Origin: Nitrospirota bacterium
GTDB lineage: Bacteria > Nitrospirota > UBA9217
Length of the DNA: 64,000 bases
Direction: 5' to 3'
Assembly (NCBI GenBank): GCA_963796285.1
Contig: CAWCKW010000003.1
Location: 256,001-320,000 of the forward strand
In this document: piece by piece, positions 22,181 through 33,334 of the stretch
How positions within the stretch are numbered: position 1 is the stretch's first letter
How the letters are laid out: each line of letters starts with the position of its first letter
Notes under the pieces: generated by a model
The model's database searches: none
Told to the model about the DNA's origin: nothing
Seen by the model: only the letters and a program-made list of their open reading frames with translations
Made by a program: the position numbers and the translations under genes

Positions 22181-22520
22181 ATTGTATCCTTATTCAAAAC
22201 AGCGTCTTCAGTTCGAGATAGAAACAACATCACCGATTGCGGAGGAATGGCCCGTTCTCTAGGATCCACTATGCCGCCGCAAGGCGGTCAATAGGCACAT
22301 TTCTCAAATTTCGCTAATACCTCTATGTGGAGGAAATCCGAAGGTACTATGCGAAACTCCACAACGGTCACTTGCGCTGCTGAGTGTTGCCGGCAGTGCA
22401 GAAACCGCAAAGTACGGAGCATATTGCCTTTCAAAGCTCGGGCTCGACATGAAACAGTGTGTCCTCGATAATCCCGGTCAGATGCCGTACTTCTAATCTT
22501 TTCCCTTGCGGTTGCAGTCG

Positions 22521-24335
22521 TTACATGGAAGAAAACCCTCCCGATGCCAGCGCGCTACAGGCATCTTTGCTCCCCAAATCACAGGCTTTTCGAAAGTCAG
22601 ACAGGGCAAGGTCCCGCCTGTTTGTCCTGAGATAAAGAGTTGCGCGATTATAGTAGGCAATGTCCATATCCGGATTCAATTCGATGGCTCTATCGAAATC
22701 ATCCAGTGCCTTATCGGGCTGGCCGTTTTGGGAATAGATAACCCCTCGATTGTGGAAAGCTTCCGATCTATTCGGGTTTATGGCGAGAGAATCACTGTAG
22801 TACTCTATGGCTTTATCCTGTGCGCCGGCCCTGTGGTAGATGACTCCCAGATTAAAATACGCTTGATCATCACCCGGGTTCAAGGAAATTGTTTTCTGGT
22901 AGTCATCGACCGCCTTATCGATCCGTCCTGCTTTTTCATAACAAACTCCGCGGTTATTATACGCAAAGAATGCCCTTGCCGGATCTCTGTCAATGACATA
23001 CGTCCACAGTACTATCCCGTTCTTCCAGATGCCGATCTGTTCGTAGGTCACATATGACATAGCTGCACAAACCGCAAACGCGGCAGCAATGATGACACCC
23101 TTGACAGGAGCGCCCGTCCCTGTTCCGGCAAATGCGTGCTTTGCAATCCATGCTGCCGCCAAACCGACAAGGAAGAACGGAGCCAGGCTGGGTAAATAGG
23201 TAAACCGGTCCGCCATTGCCTGCGGCCCTACCTGCACGATGCCGAGTACGGGAAGGAGTGTGATAATGTAATAAGACCAGGCCGCCAGCCATAATCTATT
23301 GTTTTTCGCTTTAACAACACAGGCGATGGTAATTCCGATTACGAGCATAATCGAAGAAAGATACTTGAACGACAGAACAGTTGCTGCCGTCGGGTACGTG
23401 TAAACAGGGAGTAAATTAAGCGGCCATATCATCATCCCGAGATAAGCGATGAGAGAATGAGCGGAGACGATTGCACGCGTCGATAAGGGCACCATAGTTA
23501 TGGGGGCGATGGCACCGCCCGCTTTATGGGCGAGAAGGATAATGACCGACATGCCCAGACTTAATGCAATGAAGGGCACCTTCTCGACAATAGCCTTCCG
23601 AAATGCGGCAGAAGTTTTTATTTTTTGGAACGGATACCAGTCGAGGATCAGGAGAACCGCGGGCAGGGTAACCGCCATCGGCTTACTAAATAGGGCGAGG
23701 ATGAAAAAACCGATCGTGATGAGATAGTATTTGTCGAAAAACCGAAAGGACAACTCTTTGCGTGCCGCTCTGTGGCCTTCACCACGGACATAAGCCGTAT
23801 AGGAAATGATGCTGAGAAGGAAGAACAGGGCGCACAGGAGGTCCTTACGTTCCGCAACCCAGACAACCGATTCTACATGCAGAGGATGCAGACCGAACAA
23901 AACGCCGACGGTCCCTCCCGCTACCAGCATTTCCCGCTCGGAAAGGATTTTCGTCATCCCTTGTTTTAGTGACGTTTCGTTCCATGCATCGAGCAATCTT
24001 CTTGCGGTAATTACCACAAGAAAGGTATTCACCGCATGGAAAATATTGTTCACGAGATGATGGCCCCAGGGATTCAGGCCCCAGACGGCATAATCTACGG
24101 CATGGGATGTCCAGGTAAGGGGAGCCCAGTAGGATGCATAAAAATCAAAAAACAGCCATTTAAGGAAATTCAAATCAAATGAACGGATATGAACGTTATT
24201 GATGACATACAAATCATCATCCCAGTTAATGAAGTCATTCTGAAGAGATGACAGGTATGCGATAAATGTTATAAGTGCTATGGAAACTGCGAGATAAGTG
24301 GCTCTTCGCCTTGCTCTGATCACAACCAACCCCAA
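22521..24335 (-). CDS. TMTC-like GT-C glycosyltransferase with TPRs (copy 6)
   Basis: INWDDDLY, WAPLTWTSH, HPLHVESVVWVAERKDLL, SKPMAV, ADRFTYLP motifs; about 4 TPRs. Confidence 0.85.
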   Translation of the reverse strand: MGLVVIRARRRATYLAVSIALITFIAYLSSLQNDFINWDDDLYVINNVHIRSFDLNFLKWLFFDFYASYWAPLTWTSHAVDYAVWGLNPWGHHLVNNIFHAVNTFLVVITARRLLDAWNETSLKQGMTKILSEREMLVAGGTVGVLFGLHPLHVESVVWVAERKDLLCALFFLLSIISYTAYVRGEGHRAARKELSFRFFDKYYLITIGFFILALFSKPMAVTLPAVLLILDWYPFQKIKTSAAFRKAIVEKVPFIALSLGMSVIILLAHKAGGAIAPITMVPLSTRAIVSAHSLIAYLGMMIWPLNLLPVYTYPTAATVLSFKYLSSIMLVIGITIACVVKAKNNRLWLAAWSYYIITLLPVLGIVQVGPQAMADRFTYLPSLAPFFLVGLAAAWIAKHAFAGTGTGAPVKGVIIAAAFAVCAAMSYVTYEQIGIWKNGIVLWTYVIDRDPARAFFAYNNRGVCYEKAGRIDKAVDDYQKTISLNPGDDQAYFNLGVIYHRAGAQDKAIEYYSDSLAINPNRSEAFHNRGVIYSQNGQPDKALDDFDRAIELNPDMDIAYYNRATLYLRTNRRDLALSDFRKACDLGSKDACSALASGGFSSM

Positions 24336-24604
24336 GAATTTCAGAAAATTACGTTCCCGATCCGGCGCGAATTATCGCGTTATTATACCCTTTTTAGGAT
24401 ATTTCAACCACAAATTCCTCATGCAATAACTGTCGATAACAAGGCTCGTACCCGCACATTGTTGTGAAAACAGCCCGATACGGGAGTTAAGTCTCCAATT
24501 AGCCGGACCAGGCAGCTATAGGCGTTATAAGTTGTAAGGTGAACTGCCGCATTGGGGAAAAGCGATAGAGGGTAATTGCCTCTGGCATGTGTGTGCGGGA
24601 ATGC

Positions 24605-25786
24605 TCAGTCTTTTGGATGACATTTATTGCAGAGGCCCTTCTGATAGCTGGCAAACAGGGTAACTGGCCTGTCATAGTATGCCATCTGTGTCTCAGCCTC
24701 GGTGCGCCCCTGCGCATTCCTCTGAGGCGAACCATTATTGATTCCGGGGTAAACACCTTTATGCACGATGAACTCCGATGCCATGTTCCATCGTGCCATA
24801 TGGTCCCAGGCAGAAGCGTGTGCCCTATGACAGGTGAGACACATCACATTGGAACCATAACCGGGACCCATGGTGTAGGTGCCGTCGTTTTTTGCATGCT
24901 GCCCGAGGACCGATCTGTCGTCAGTACCTTCCTCAAAGGGAACCAGCGAGGTGTACGAACTATCACTTTTCCCATTGATGTCTCCTGATTTCACATATGC
25001 GTTGTAATTGGAAATGATCTCATTCGTACACTGGGCGCTATTGCAGACAGGGTGTCCGTATGCTCCTGTACAACCATTCGCGTGGCAATTTGAGCACCAT
25101 TCAGACATCCCCCTGCCATACGCTACCCTCGTGTCTGTTGCCGCCTCAGACCTGTTGTAATCACGCGGTGCAACAGCAACAGGTGCATCAGCGGTGAAAA
25201 CCATCCCTGGCGCTAAACTCGTTTTATAGCCAATCCCACCCAAAAGACGATACGCACTATTGGCAATTTTCCCATGCGGATCATGGCAGCTGATACAGGA
25301 AAGTGCGCTACTGGGATAAATTCCACCTGGCGTTATGCTATATGTACTATCTGCTCCATACCCATAGTCTGCCGCAACAATATTATGTCCATGCCGTTCT
25401 CCGGGGCTGTTCCCTGTAGATCCTGATTCTCTCCAGGAGTAGCTCTTTTTTAAATAGCCGAAGTCTCCGCCGGGAGTCAGCTGTGAGGGCGGTATACCCG
25501 CTCCTAAATCGTGGTCATTGGTTGCGATGTAATGGCCGGTGGGTCTCCGGGTACCTATCGGTGCTTGATGGCATCGAAGACAGGTAGAGCTTGCATCGGA
25601 CCCCCGTAACGAGCCCTTCGCGTCTTGATGACATTCCTTGCACTCTCCAGCCCCTCCTGAATGAAAGGCTTCCCCCGCGCGGACCAGACAAAGAGTAAGG
25701 AAGAAGACCATGATAAAGACCATGCATGATCTAACGCCATGCTCCATCCTGCTCTTCGAAAATCGAAATAACAAGTTCATGCTCAC
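24605..25786 (-). CDS. OmcS/OmcT-family hexaheme c-type cytochrome
   Basis: Mature N-terminus FHSGG; six CxxCH; OmcS hallmarks TPGGDFG, GERHGHNIVAADY, CHDPHG, YNRSEA..TRVAYGRGMSEWC, CHRAHAS, LCNKCHxKD. Start codon uncertain. Confidence 0.9.
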   Translation of the reverse strand: MSMNLLFRFSKSRMEHGVRSCMVFIMVFFLTLCLVRAGEAFHSGGAGECKECHQDAKGSLRGSDASSTCLRCHQAPIGTRRPTGHYIATNDHDLGAGIPPSQLTPGGDFGYLKKSYSWRESGSTGNSPGERHGHNIVAADYGYGADSTYSITPGGIYPSSALSCISCHDPHGKIANSAYRLLGGIGYKTSLAPGMVFTADAPVAVAPRDYNRSEAATDTRVAYGRGMSEWCSNCHANGCTGAYGHPVCNSAQCTNEIISNYNAYVKSGDINGKSDSSYTSLVPFEEGTDDRSVLGQHAKNDGTYTMGPGYGSNVMCLTCHRAHASAWDHMARWNMASEFIVHKGVYPGINNGSPQRNAQGRTEAETQMAYYDRPVTLFASYQKGLCNKCHPKD

Positions 25787-25822
25787 TTTCTATCCGGTTA
25801 TCCTTGCTCCACCTGAAAATGC

Positions 25823-25875
25823 CTCTCACCAAAGCTCCCCCCCTCGATGGGGGAGGAATATAAAGGTGGGGGTGA
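25823..25875. repeat. REP-like GC-rich hairpin element
   Basis: CTCCCCC-CCTCGAT-GGGGGAG stem. A similar element (CCTCCCCT-CTCA-AGGGGAGG) lies at ~29215-29234. Confidence 0.4.
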
Positions 25876-26127
25876 TACTACGAAGACCGAGCTATGGCCG
25901 ATTTTCATCTTCCTAATGTGACTACCACTCATGGACGATTCATTAAGCAGGTTTACCTCACGTGAGTATTGAAAATCCTCTCGATTATCCCGGATAATGA
26001 TATCAATTTACTTGAGCTATTGCAAGCCACTTCTTTACTATAATATTGACCCTTGCACTATTGAAAAACTTTTGTTAAAGTACACTAAATGATAATTGAA
26101 ACGACGTAGAAAAAAAGGAGGGATAGT

Positions 26128-26700
26128 ATGGCGTTTACCACACAGAGAAATTACCGTCTGCTTCTCTATGCTAAAACGTTTGGGATCGTTTTAGTCGGCG
26201 CTGCAATTGCCGGATGGGGAGTGTTCTGGTCGTTCCCTGCGGGTCTTGGCGAAGGCTATCATAACGCACTGGCCGCGGTGCAGGCGATCCGGAACGTGCT
26301 CTTTTGGAAGATTGCAACAGTCTATGCCGTTATCGGCATCCCCTGCATTGCAGCGATAGCACTGCTTCACCTGTTCTATTCCCACCGCATTGCCGGCCCG
26401 GTATACCGTATCGGCCTTGTGGCAGCCAGGATCGCACAGGGCGACCTGTCCGGAAAGATTACATTTCGCCCGAAGGACAGCCTTGCGGACATGGCGGATA
26501 TACTGAATGATGTGGCATCGCAGTACCGGGGGCGCATCGGTGCTGTCAAGGAGTACCTTGCCGTCATTGATGTACAGTCAAAAACAATGTCCGACCTCAT
26601 GCAGCAGGGTAAGGATGGTGCTGCGCTCAAACAGGCCGTGGAAAAAATAACGAACAACGTAAAAAATATCGAGCGCAGTCTCTCGGAGATGAGAACATAA
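26128..26700 (+). CDS. Two-TM HAMP-domain protein with short coiled coil
   Basis: Two TM helices; SHRIAGPVYRI..IAQGDLS..FRPKD HAMP; GGAGGG RBS. No kinase or MCP signalling domain. Confidence 0.8.
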   Translation: MAFTTQRNYRLLLYAKTFGIVLVGAAIAGWGVFWSFPAGLGEGYHNALAAVQAIRNVLFWKIATVYAVIGIPCIAAIALLHLFYSHRIAGPVYRIGLVAARIAQGDLSGKITFRPKDSLADMADILNDVASQYRGRIGAVKEYLAVIDVQSKTMSDLMQQGKDGAALKQAVEKITNNVKNIERSLSEMRT

Positions 26701-26720
26701 CAACAGGGAGGGAGGCAGGC

Positions 26721-27302
26721 ATGCGGATTAATATTAGAAAAAAGTACTTTATTAAAAAAGATTTCCAATCGCGGTTCATGCTGAGATTTGTTGTCATTGC
26801 AATCGTCTGGGCAACAGCCACGGCCATGCTGTTTTCCTACCTGGCGGGAAAAAAGCTTGATGAAGTGCGCTATTCATCTCACATCGACAGTAAAACAATA
26901 AGCGAACTGCTCATGCCCATTACGTTTGCCGCTCAGGTGGTCTCTCTGCTGATATTCGCCGGTATCCTGGCCTATACCATCAATTCGCTTTGGAAGAGGC
27001 TTTCCCCGCCGCTCTATTCCCTTAAAAAGGACATTGCGAGAATTGCCGGCGGCGATCTTATGAGTGAGGTCAGTCTCAGTTCAGACGAAGAGTTCCAGGA
27101 CCTGGCCGTGGACCTGGACAGTATGCGTTCCGGACTTCGGGAAAAAATTGTCCAGCTCAAGGAACAGCAGCGGAAACTGTCCGCTGCGGCTGACGAACTG
27201 AGCAGATCAACGCTCGAGGGGAAACCGTCGTTGACTCCTTCGGCCTCGCTCCAGGCTGCCGTGGAGCGGATGAAAGCGGCTGCCGATGTCTTCCATTATT
27301 GA
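26721..27302 (+). CDS. Two-TM HAMP-domain protein (paralog of the upstream gene)
   Basis: RKKYFIKKDFQ N-terminus; two TMs; PLYSLKKDIARIAGGDL..DEEFQDLA HAMP; GGAGG RBS. Confidence 0.8.
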   Translation: MRINIRKKYFIKKDFQSRFMLRFVVIAIVWATATAMLFSYLAGKKLDEVRYSSHIDSKTISELLMPITFAAQVVSLLIFAGILAYTINSLWKRLSPPLYSLKKDIARIAGGDLMSEVSLSSDEEFQDLAVDLDSMRSGLREKIVQLKEQQRKLSAAADELSRSTLEGKPSLTPSASLQAAVERMKAAADVFHY

Positions 27303-27444
27303 TCCTCATTGAACTCCAGGCCCTTGCAGAGAGAACTGCTGCCCGATGAACCCGAGTCCTCATGTGCATTCGGATGATGCTTCCCATGCCTGCTGGAGTG
27401 TTTCTCCCTTCACCCGCTTTTCCCGACAAACCTGCTTTTACCTA

Positions 27445-27474
27445 TTGACACACCGCCACAATACAGTGTACAAA
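27445..27474 (+). promoter_or_regulatory. Putative sigma70 promoter of ettA
   Basis: TTGACA-18 nt-TACAAA, about 40 nt upstream of the start. Confidence 0.45.
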
Positions 27475-27511
27475 AGAGCCTACTATTTTCACGAAGGGAA
27501 TGAGAACGACT

Positions 27512-29195
<1,684 letters not shown>

Positions 29196-29451
29196 TACAA
29201 CGACAAACGCATCCCCTCCCCTCTCAAGGGGAGGTAACAGGGATAAACCTAACCCGGACAAGCCGGAACCAATTAGTCAAAACCGAAATGCGTCTCACGT
29301 ACCCTGCTCTTGCGATAACGCGGGCACAAGCAAAGCCATACCCTGCTGTTGCCAAGGCGCGGGCACAGGCAAAGGACGCCAAGAAAATCTTTTGGTCTTG
29401 GTTTAAAAAAACTAATAATTTAGCATTTCTTTGCGAGCTTGGCGTCTCAGT

Positions 29452-29479
29452 GTGGCCCTCTTCTTGGCCATTGCGCGAA
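29452..29479. repeat. Dispersed 28-bp intergenic repeat, copy 1
   Basis: GTGGCCCTCTTCTTGGCCATTGCGCGAA; 27/28 identical to 33049-33076; contains a TGGCC/GGCCA stem. Confidence 0.7.
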
Positions 29480-29554
29480 ATATTCTTGCTGTTAACGCAA
29501 AATTGTACCTGACCACGAAGCCCGTCAATCGTGGAAAGATTTTCTGTTCTGCTG

Positions 29555-31810
29555 TCACACAAACTTCACTGCCTTCACCGCCTTGAGGCCGGCCGACCCC
29601 CGGGTCATCACGCCGAACGGCTTCAGGTCGATCACCTTTTCCCTGCCCTTGTCGTCGATCACTTTCACCTGCTCGCCTTTTCGCACGGGCCTGAAGAGCG
29701 CGACCTCGCCGTTCTTCACGTTCACCAGCTTCACGCCCTTGCCCGCGCCCGTGAGCACGGGGACTTCTTTGGCCGCGACAACCACGGCCTTGCCTTCCGT
29801 GGTGAGGAACAGGATGTTCGGCAGATCGAGGATCTCCACGCCCTGGATGCTGTCCCCGGGCTTCAAGCCGGCAAATTTCTTTCCCGCCCGCGTGGTGGCG
29901 GAATTGAACTGCCCGAGATCGAAGGCGAAGCCTATGCCCTTGGCCGAGACGGTCAACGCCGTCACCTCTCGGGGGGCCAGGGCAAGTTCCGCCTGCGTCT
30001 CCTTTGATTCGGTCGTCGTGCCCGTAAATACGGTCGTCAGGTTCATCGCACTGATCGGACGTTCACCGTCGCCGAACTTGAACAGATGCTGGACCGGCTC
30101 ACCGAACCCGGAGCCGCTCGGCAGGTCAAAGGCCTTCACGACGTAGACCTTTCCCGCTGATGAGAACACGGCAATGTTGTCCCGGGTGTTCGCGGGCAGC
30201 AGCGAGAGGAGCTCGTCCCCTTCCTTGAACCGCAGGTTTTCGCCCACGGTCTTGACGCGCCTGATCCATCCCATTCTGGTGAGGATCACGGTCACGTCCT
30301 CGTGGACCTGGAAGTCTTCCTGCGAGAATTCCACGTCCTCGGCGGCCTTCATCACGGACTTGCGTTTGTCGCCGTAGTTATTCTTGATCTCGAGAAGCTC
30401 GGTCCGGATCAGTCCCCAGATCTTTTTCTGGCTCGCAAGAATGGCCTCGATATCTTTTTTCAGCTTCGTTTTCTCCTCTTTCTCCTTCATGATGCGTTCG
30501 ATCTCGAGGCCGACCAGCTTGTAGAGCTGCATGTCGAGGATCGCCTTCACCTGCTCGTCATCGAGTTTGAAATGCTTCTTAAGCTTCTCGGCAGCGTCCT
30601 CGCGCGACTTCGCCTTGCGGATGATCTTGATCGCCATGTCGAGGTCGTCGTAGAGCACCTCAAAGGCGTGCAGGATGTGGAGCCGCGCCTTGAGAAGCCG
30701 CAGGTCATGATTCAGCCGCCTGGTGGTGATCTCGTGCCGGAAGTCGAGGAAGTACCGCATGATCGCCTTGAGCGACAACCGCTCGGGCTCCATGTTCGGC
30801 TTGAGCGCCGTGAAGTTGATCGGAAAGGTCGTCTCGAGGTCCGTGTGCTTGAAGAGGTAGGCGGTGACCAGCTCCACGCTCGTTTCCGCCTTGAGCTCGA
30901 GCACGACGCGCACCTCATGGGTGGACTCGTCGCGCACGGCGGAGACCTGCGGCAGTTTCCGCTCCTCCATGAGTCCGATGAGCTTCTCGAGCACCTTCGC
31001 CTTGTTCACCTGGTACGGGATCGTCGTGAAGACGATCGCCTGTCTGCCGCGCGGGAGCTCCTCGACCGTATACTCGCCGCGGATCCTGATGCCGCCGCTC
31101 CCCGCCTCATAGATCTCCCGCAGTTCTTTCTTGGAGTTCAGGATCTGGCCGCTCGTGGGGAAGTCCGGGCCCTTGATATACTTGAGCAGGTCTTTCACTT
31201 CAAGGTTGGAATTATCGATCAAGGCAGCGAGGCCGTCGATCACCTCGCCGATGTTGTGGGGTGGAAAGGAACAGCTCATGCCCACGGCAATCCCCGACGT
31301 GCCGTTCACGAGAAGCTGAGGAAACCGCGCGGGAAGGACCACCGGCTCCTTGAGCGAGTTGTCGTAGTTCGGACGGAAACCCACCGTGTTCTTGTCGATC
31401 TCGACAAGAAGCTCTTCCGCGATCTTCGAAAGCCGCGCTTCGGTATACCGCATGGCCGCAGCCGGGTCCCCGTCAAGGCTGCCGAAATTTCCCGATCCGT
31501 CGACGAGGGGGTAACGGAGAGAGAAGTCCTGGGCCATCCTGACCATGGCATCATAGGCCGCCTGGTCGCCGTGGGGGTGGAACTTTCCGAGCACTTCGCC
31601 GACCACCGCCGCGCTCTTTCTATACCTGGCAGTGGGACCGAGGCCCATTTCCCACATCGCAAAGAGGATCCTGCGGTGCACGGGCTTCAAGCCGTCACGC
31701 ACGTCAGGGAGCGACCGGGACACGATGGTCGAGAGCGCATAGGTGAGGAACCGGTTCTCGACCTCGGAATGCAGCGCCGTGTTCAAAATTGAATCCTCTT
31801 TAATCGGCAT
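29555..31810 (-). CDS. Type IIA topoisomerase subunit A (ParC-like; no GyrA box seen)
   Basis: [25 protein letters not shown], catalytic [16 protein letters not shown]. Shortened beta-pinwheel CTD without QRRGGKG. Confidence 0.88.
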   Translation of the reverse strand: MPIKEDSILNTALHSEVENRFLTYALSTIVSRSLPDVRDGLKPVHRRILFAMWEMGLGPTARYRKSAAVVGEVLGKFHPHGDQAAYDAMVRMAQDFSLRYPLVDGSGNFGSLDGDPAAAMRYTEARLSKIAEELLVEIDKNTVGFRPNYDNSLKEPVVLPARFPQLLVNGTSGIAVGMSCSFPPHNIGEVIDGLAALIDNSNLEVKDLLKYIKGPDFPTSGQILNSKKELREIYEAGSGGIRIRGEYTVEELPRGRQAIVFTTIPYQVNKAKVLEKLIGLMEERKLPQVSAVRDESTHEVRVVLELKAETSVELVTAYLFKHTDLETTFPINFTALKPNMEPERLSLKAIMRYFLDFRHEITTRRLNHDLRLLKARLHILHAFEVLYDDLDMAIKIIRKAKSREDAAEKLKKHFKLDDEQVKAILDMQLYKLVGLEIERIMKEKEEKTKLKKDIEAILASQKKIWGLIRTELLEIKNNYGDKRKSVMKAAEDVEFSQEDFQVHEDVTVILTRMGWIRRVKTVGENLRFKEGDELLSLLPANTRDNIAVFSSAGKVYVVKAFDLPSGSGFGEPVQHLFKFGDGERPISAMNLTTVFTGTTTESKETQAELALAPREVTALTVSAKGIGFAFDLGQFNSATTRAGKKFAGLKPGDSIQGVEILDLPNILFLTTEGKAVVVAAKEVPVLTGAGKGVKLVNVKNGEVALFRPVRKGEQVKVIDDKGREKVIDLKPFGVMTRGSAGLKAVKAVKFV

Positions 31811-31960
31811 GGGAAACCCCCTTCATAGATTTCGGATTGGGGATGCGCTCCAAGTAATTATCTGCATACCACCATCCGCACTTGCAACGCGGCCATCTTA
31901 CCACAAACGAAGTGTATTTTTAAAGAATGATTTTTTTATAAAGTCGTGTATACTAGTGGA

Positions 31961-32821
31961 ATGTTCAACCTGCTGACCATACAGGGCGAGGCGCACACTC
32001 GCGAGACCTTTCGGTGTGGCAACTGCAAAGGGGATTTTGAGGCCACGATCATAACCTGGGTGGACGTCTCGAAAACGCCTCAGGCCAAACAGGCGCTGCT
32101 GAAGTGGGAGTTCAATCTTCTTCCCTGCACCCGCTGCGGCTGTCGGAATTTCTCCGGCTCGCCCTTTTTCTATGAAGACTTCGAGGAAGGCCTCCTGGTC
32201 GCCGTGTTCCCCGGCATCCCGGATAAACGCGGAGAGGTCGAGGAGTCGATCCGCGCGAAATACGGCTACTACCCGGTGCTTGAGTTTTTTTATGATATGA
32301 CCCAGATCTGGATGTTGATCTATTTTCAGGAGCACTACCGGGTAAACAAGAACCTGCGCGCGCTGTCCCGCATCGGACAGGGTGAGGAACGGCTGCGAAA
32401 GATGCTGCGGTTCCTGAAAGAGGACCCCCTGATGATCACCATCCGCGAGAAGCTGACCGGGTCCCTCTTTAATGATAGTGCGAACGATGATCTTGTGGAG
32501 GTCCTCGGACAGGCCGTCTATACGCTGGAAGAGATGCTGCCCTGGCCGAGGGACCGGCGGTGCCTGTGCGGGGCCGACCTTGCGGATGAGTTCACGTGTT
32601 GCAACAAGCGGGTCAACCTCGCGGAACATGAGCTGCTGCTGTCGCGGCACTACGTCATATACTGTCCGGTCTGCAAAGAATCGCTCTCCGGCGCCTCATG
32701 CGAACACTGCGGCAGGGTCTACACCTGGAAGCTCGGCAGTGTTGCAACCTATAAACATGATGATGGCAACTCCCCGCGCTCGGCCGGTCGTGCGGAACAG
32801 AAGCCACAGGCGCAGCTCTGA
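31961..32821 (+). CDS. CpXC-like Zn-ribbon protein
   Basis: FRCGNCKGDFEATIITWVD..CTRCG N-terminus; C-terminal CLC/CC/CPVC/CEHC clusters. Confidence 0.7.
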   Translation: MFNLLTIQGEAHTRETFRCGNCKGDFEATIITWVDVSKTPQAKQALLKWEFNLLPCTRCGCRNFSGSPFFYEDFEEGLLVAVFPGIPDKRGEVEESIRAKYGYYPVLEFFYDMTQIWMLIYFQEHYRVNKNLRALSRIGQGEERLRKMLRFLKEDPLMITIREKLTGSLFNDSANDDLVEVLGQAVYTLEEMLPWPRDRRCLCGADLADEFTCCNKRVNLAEHELLLSRHYVIYCPVCKESLSGASCEHCGRVYTWKLGSVATYKHDDGNSPRSAGRAEQKPQAQL

Positions 32822-33048
32822 GCCCCACACACGTCAGTTCACGATAAACCACGCTTTCTCCCTTTCTTCCGCGTCCTTTTACACTGATCCTGAAAAGATG
32901 AATTAACCACGGAACTCAGAGATCACCGCAAGCGCTTGATCTGAAAAAAAATACCGCCACGCAGGTGAATCCTTTCGCCGGCATTTCTGTATGTTTTTCT
33001 TTGCGTTCGGCGTCTGTCTTCGATCGGCTCCAGCGGGGGCGGCCCGGC

Positions 33049-33076
33049 GTGGCCCTCTTCTTGGCCATCGCGCGAA
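33049..33076. repeat. Dispersed 28-bp intergenic repeat, copy 2
   Basis: GTGGCCCTCTTCTTGGCCATCGCGCGAA; matches 29452-29479. Confidence 0.7.
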
Positions 33077-33334
33077 CAACTGCAGTTTTTAGATCATGCA
33101 TTTTTTGTGTTAAGAGAACACGATGTGTACCAGCCGCGAAGGAAATCATGGGAACAAAGAAGAAAATGAGTCTAAATAAAAGAAGGGGCGTGTAGATTAG
33201 CGTTGTGTATTCCTGGAGGGGCATCTCCCTGTGGTTGCGCTCGTTTGGGGGGCGCCGGTGCCCCCCGCAATGCAATCCCTGTGCGCCTGAGCGAGAATAC
33301 CTGCTTATGGGCCGGCGGTAAGAGGGCTCGTTGG

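Noticed and set aside
22260-22500. Possible cyclic-dinucleotide (GEMM) riboswitch, expected near omcS-type genes
   Set aside because: Could not find the conserved GEMM core on either strand by eye, here or at 24400-24600 and 25800-26100; an Infernal/Rfam scan would settle it.
30302-31792. 496-aa plus-strand ORF
   Set aside because: Antisense shadow of the topoisomerase gene.
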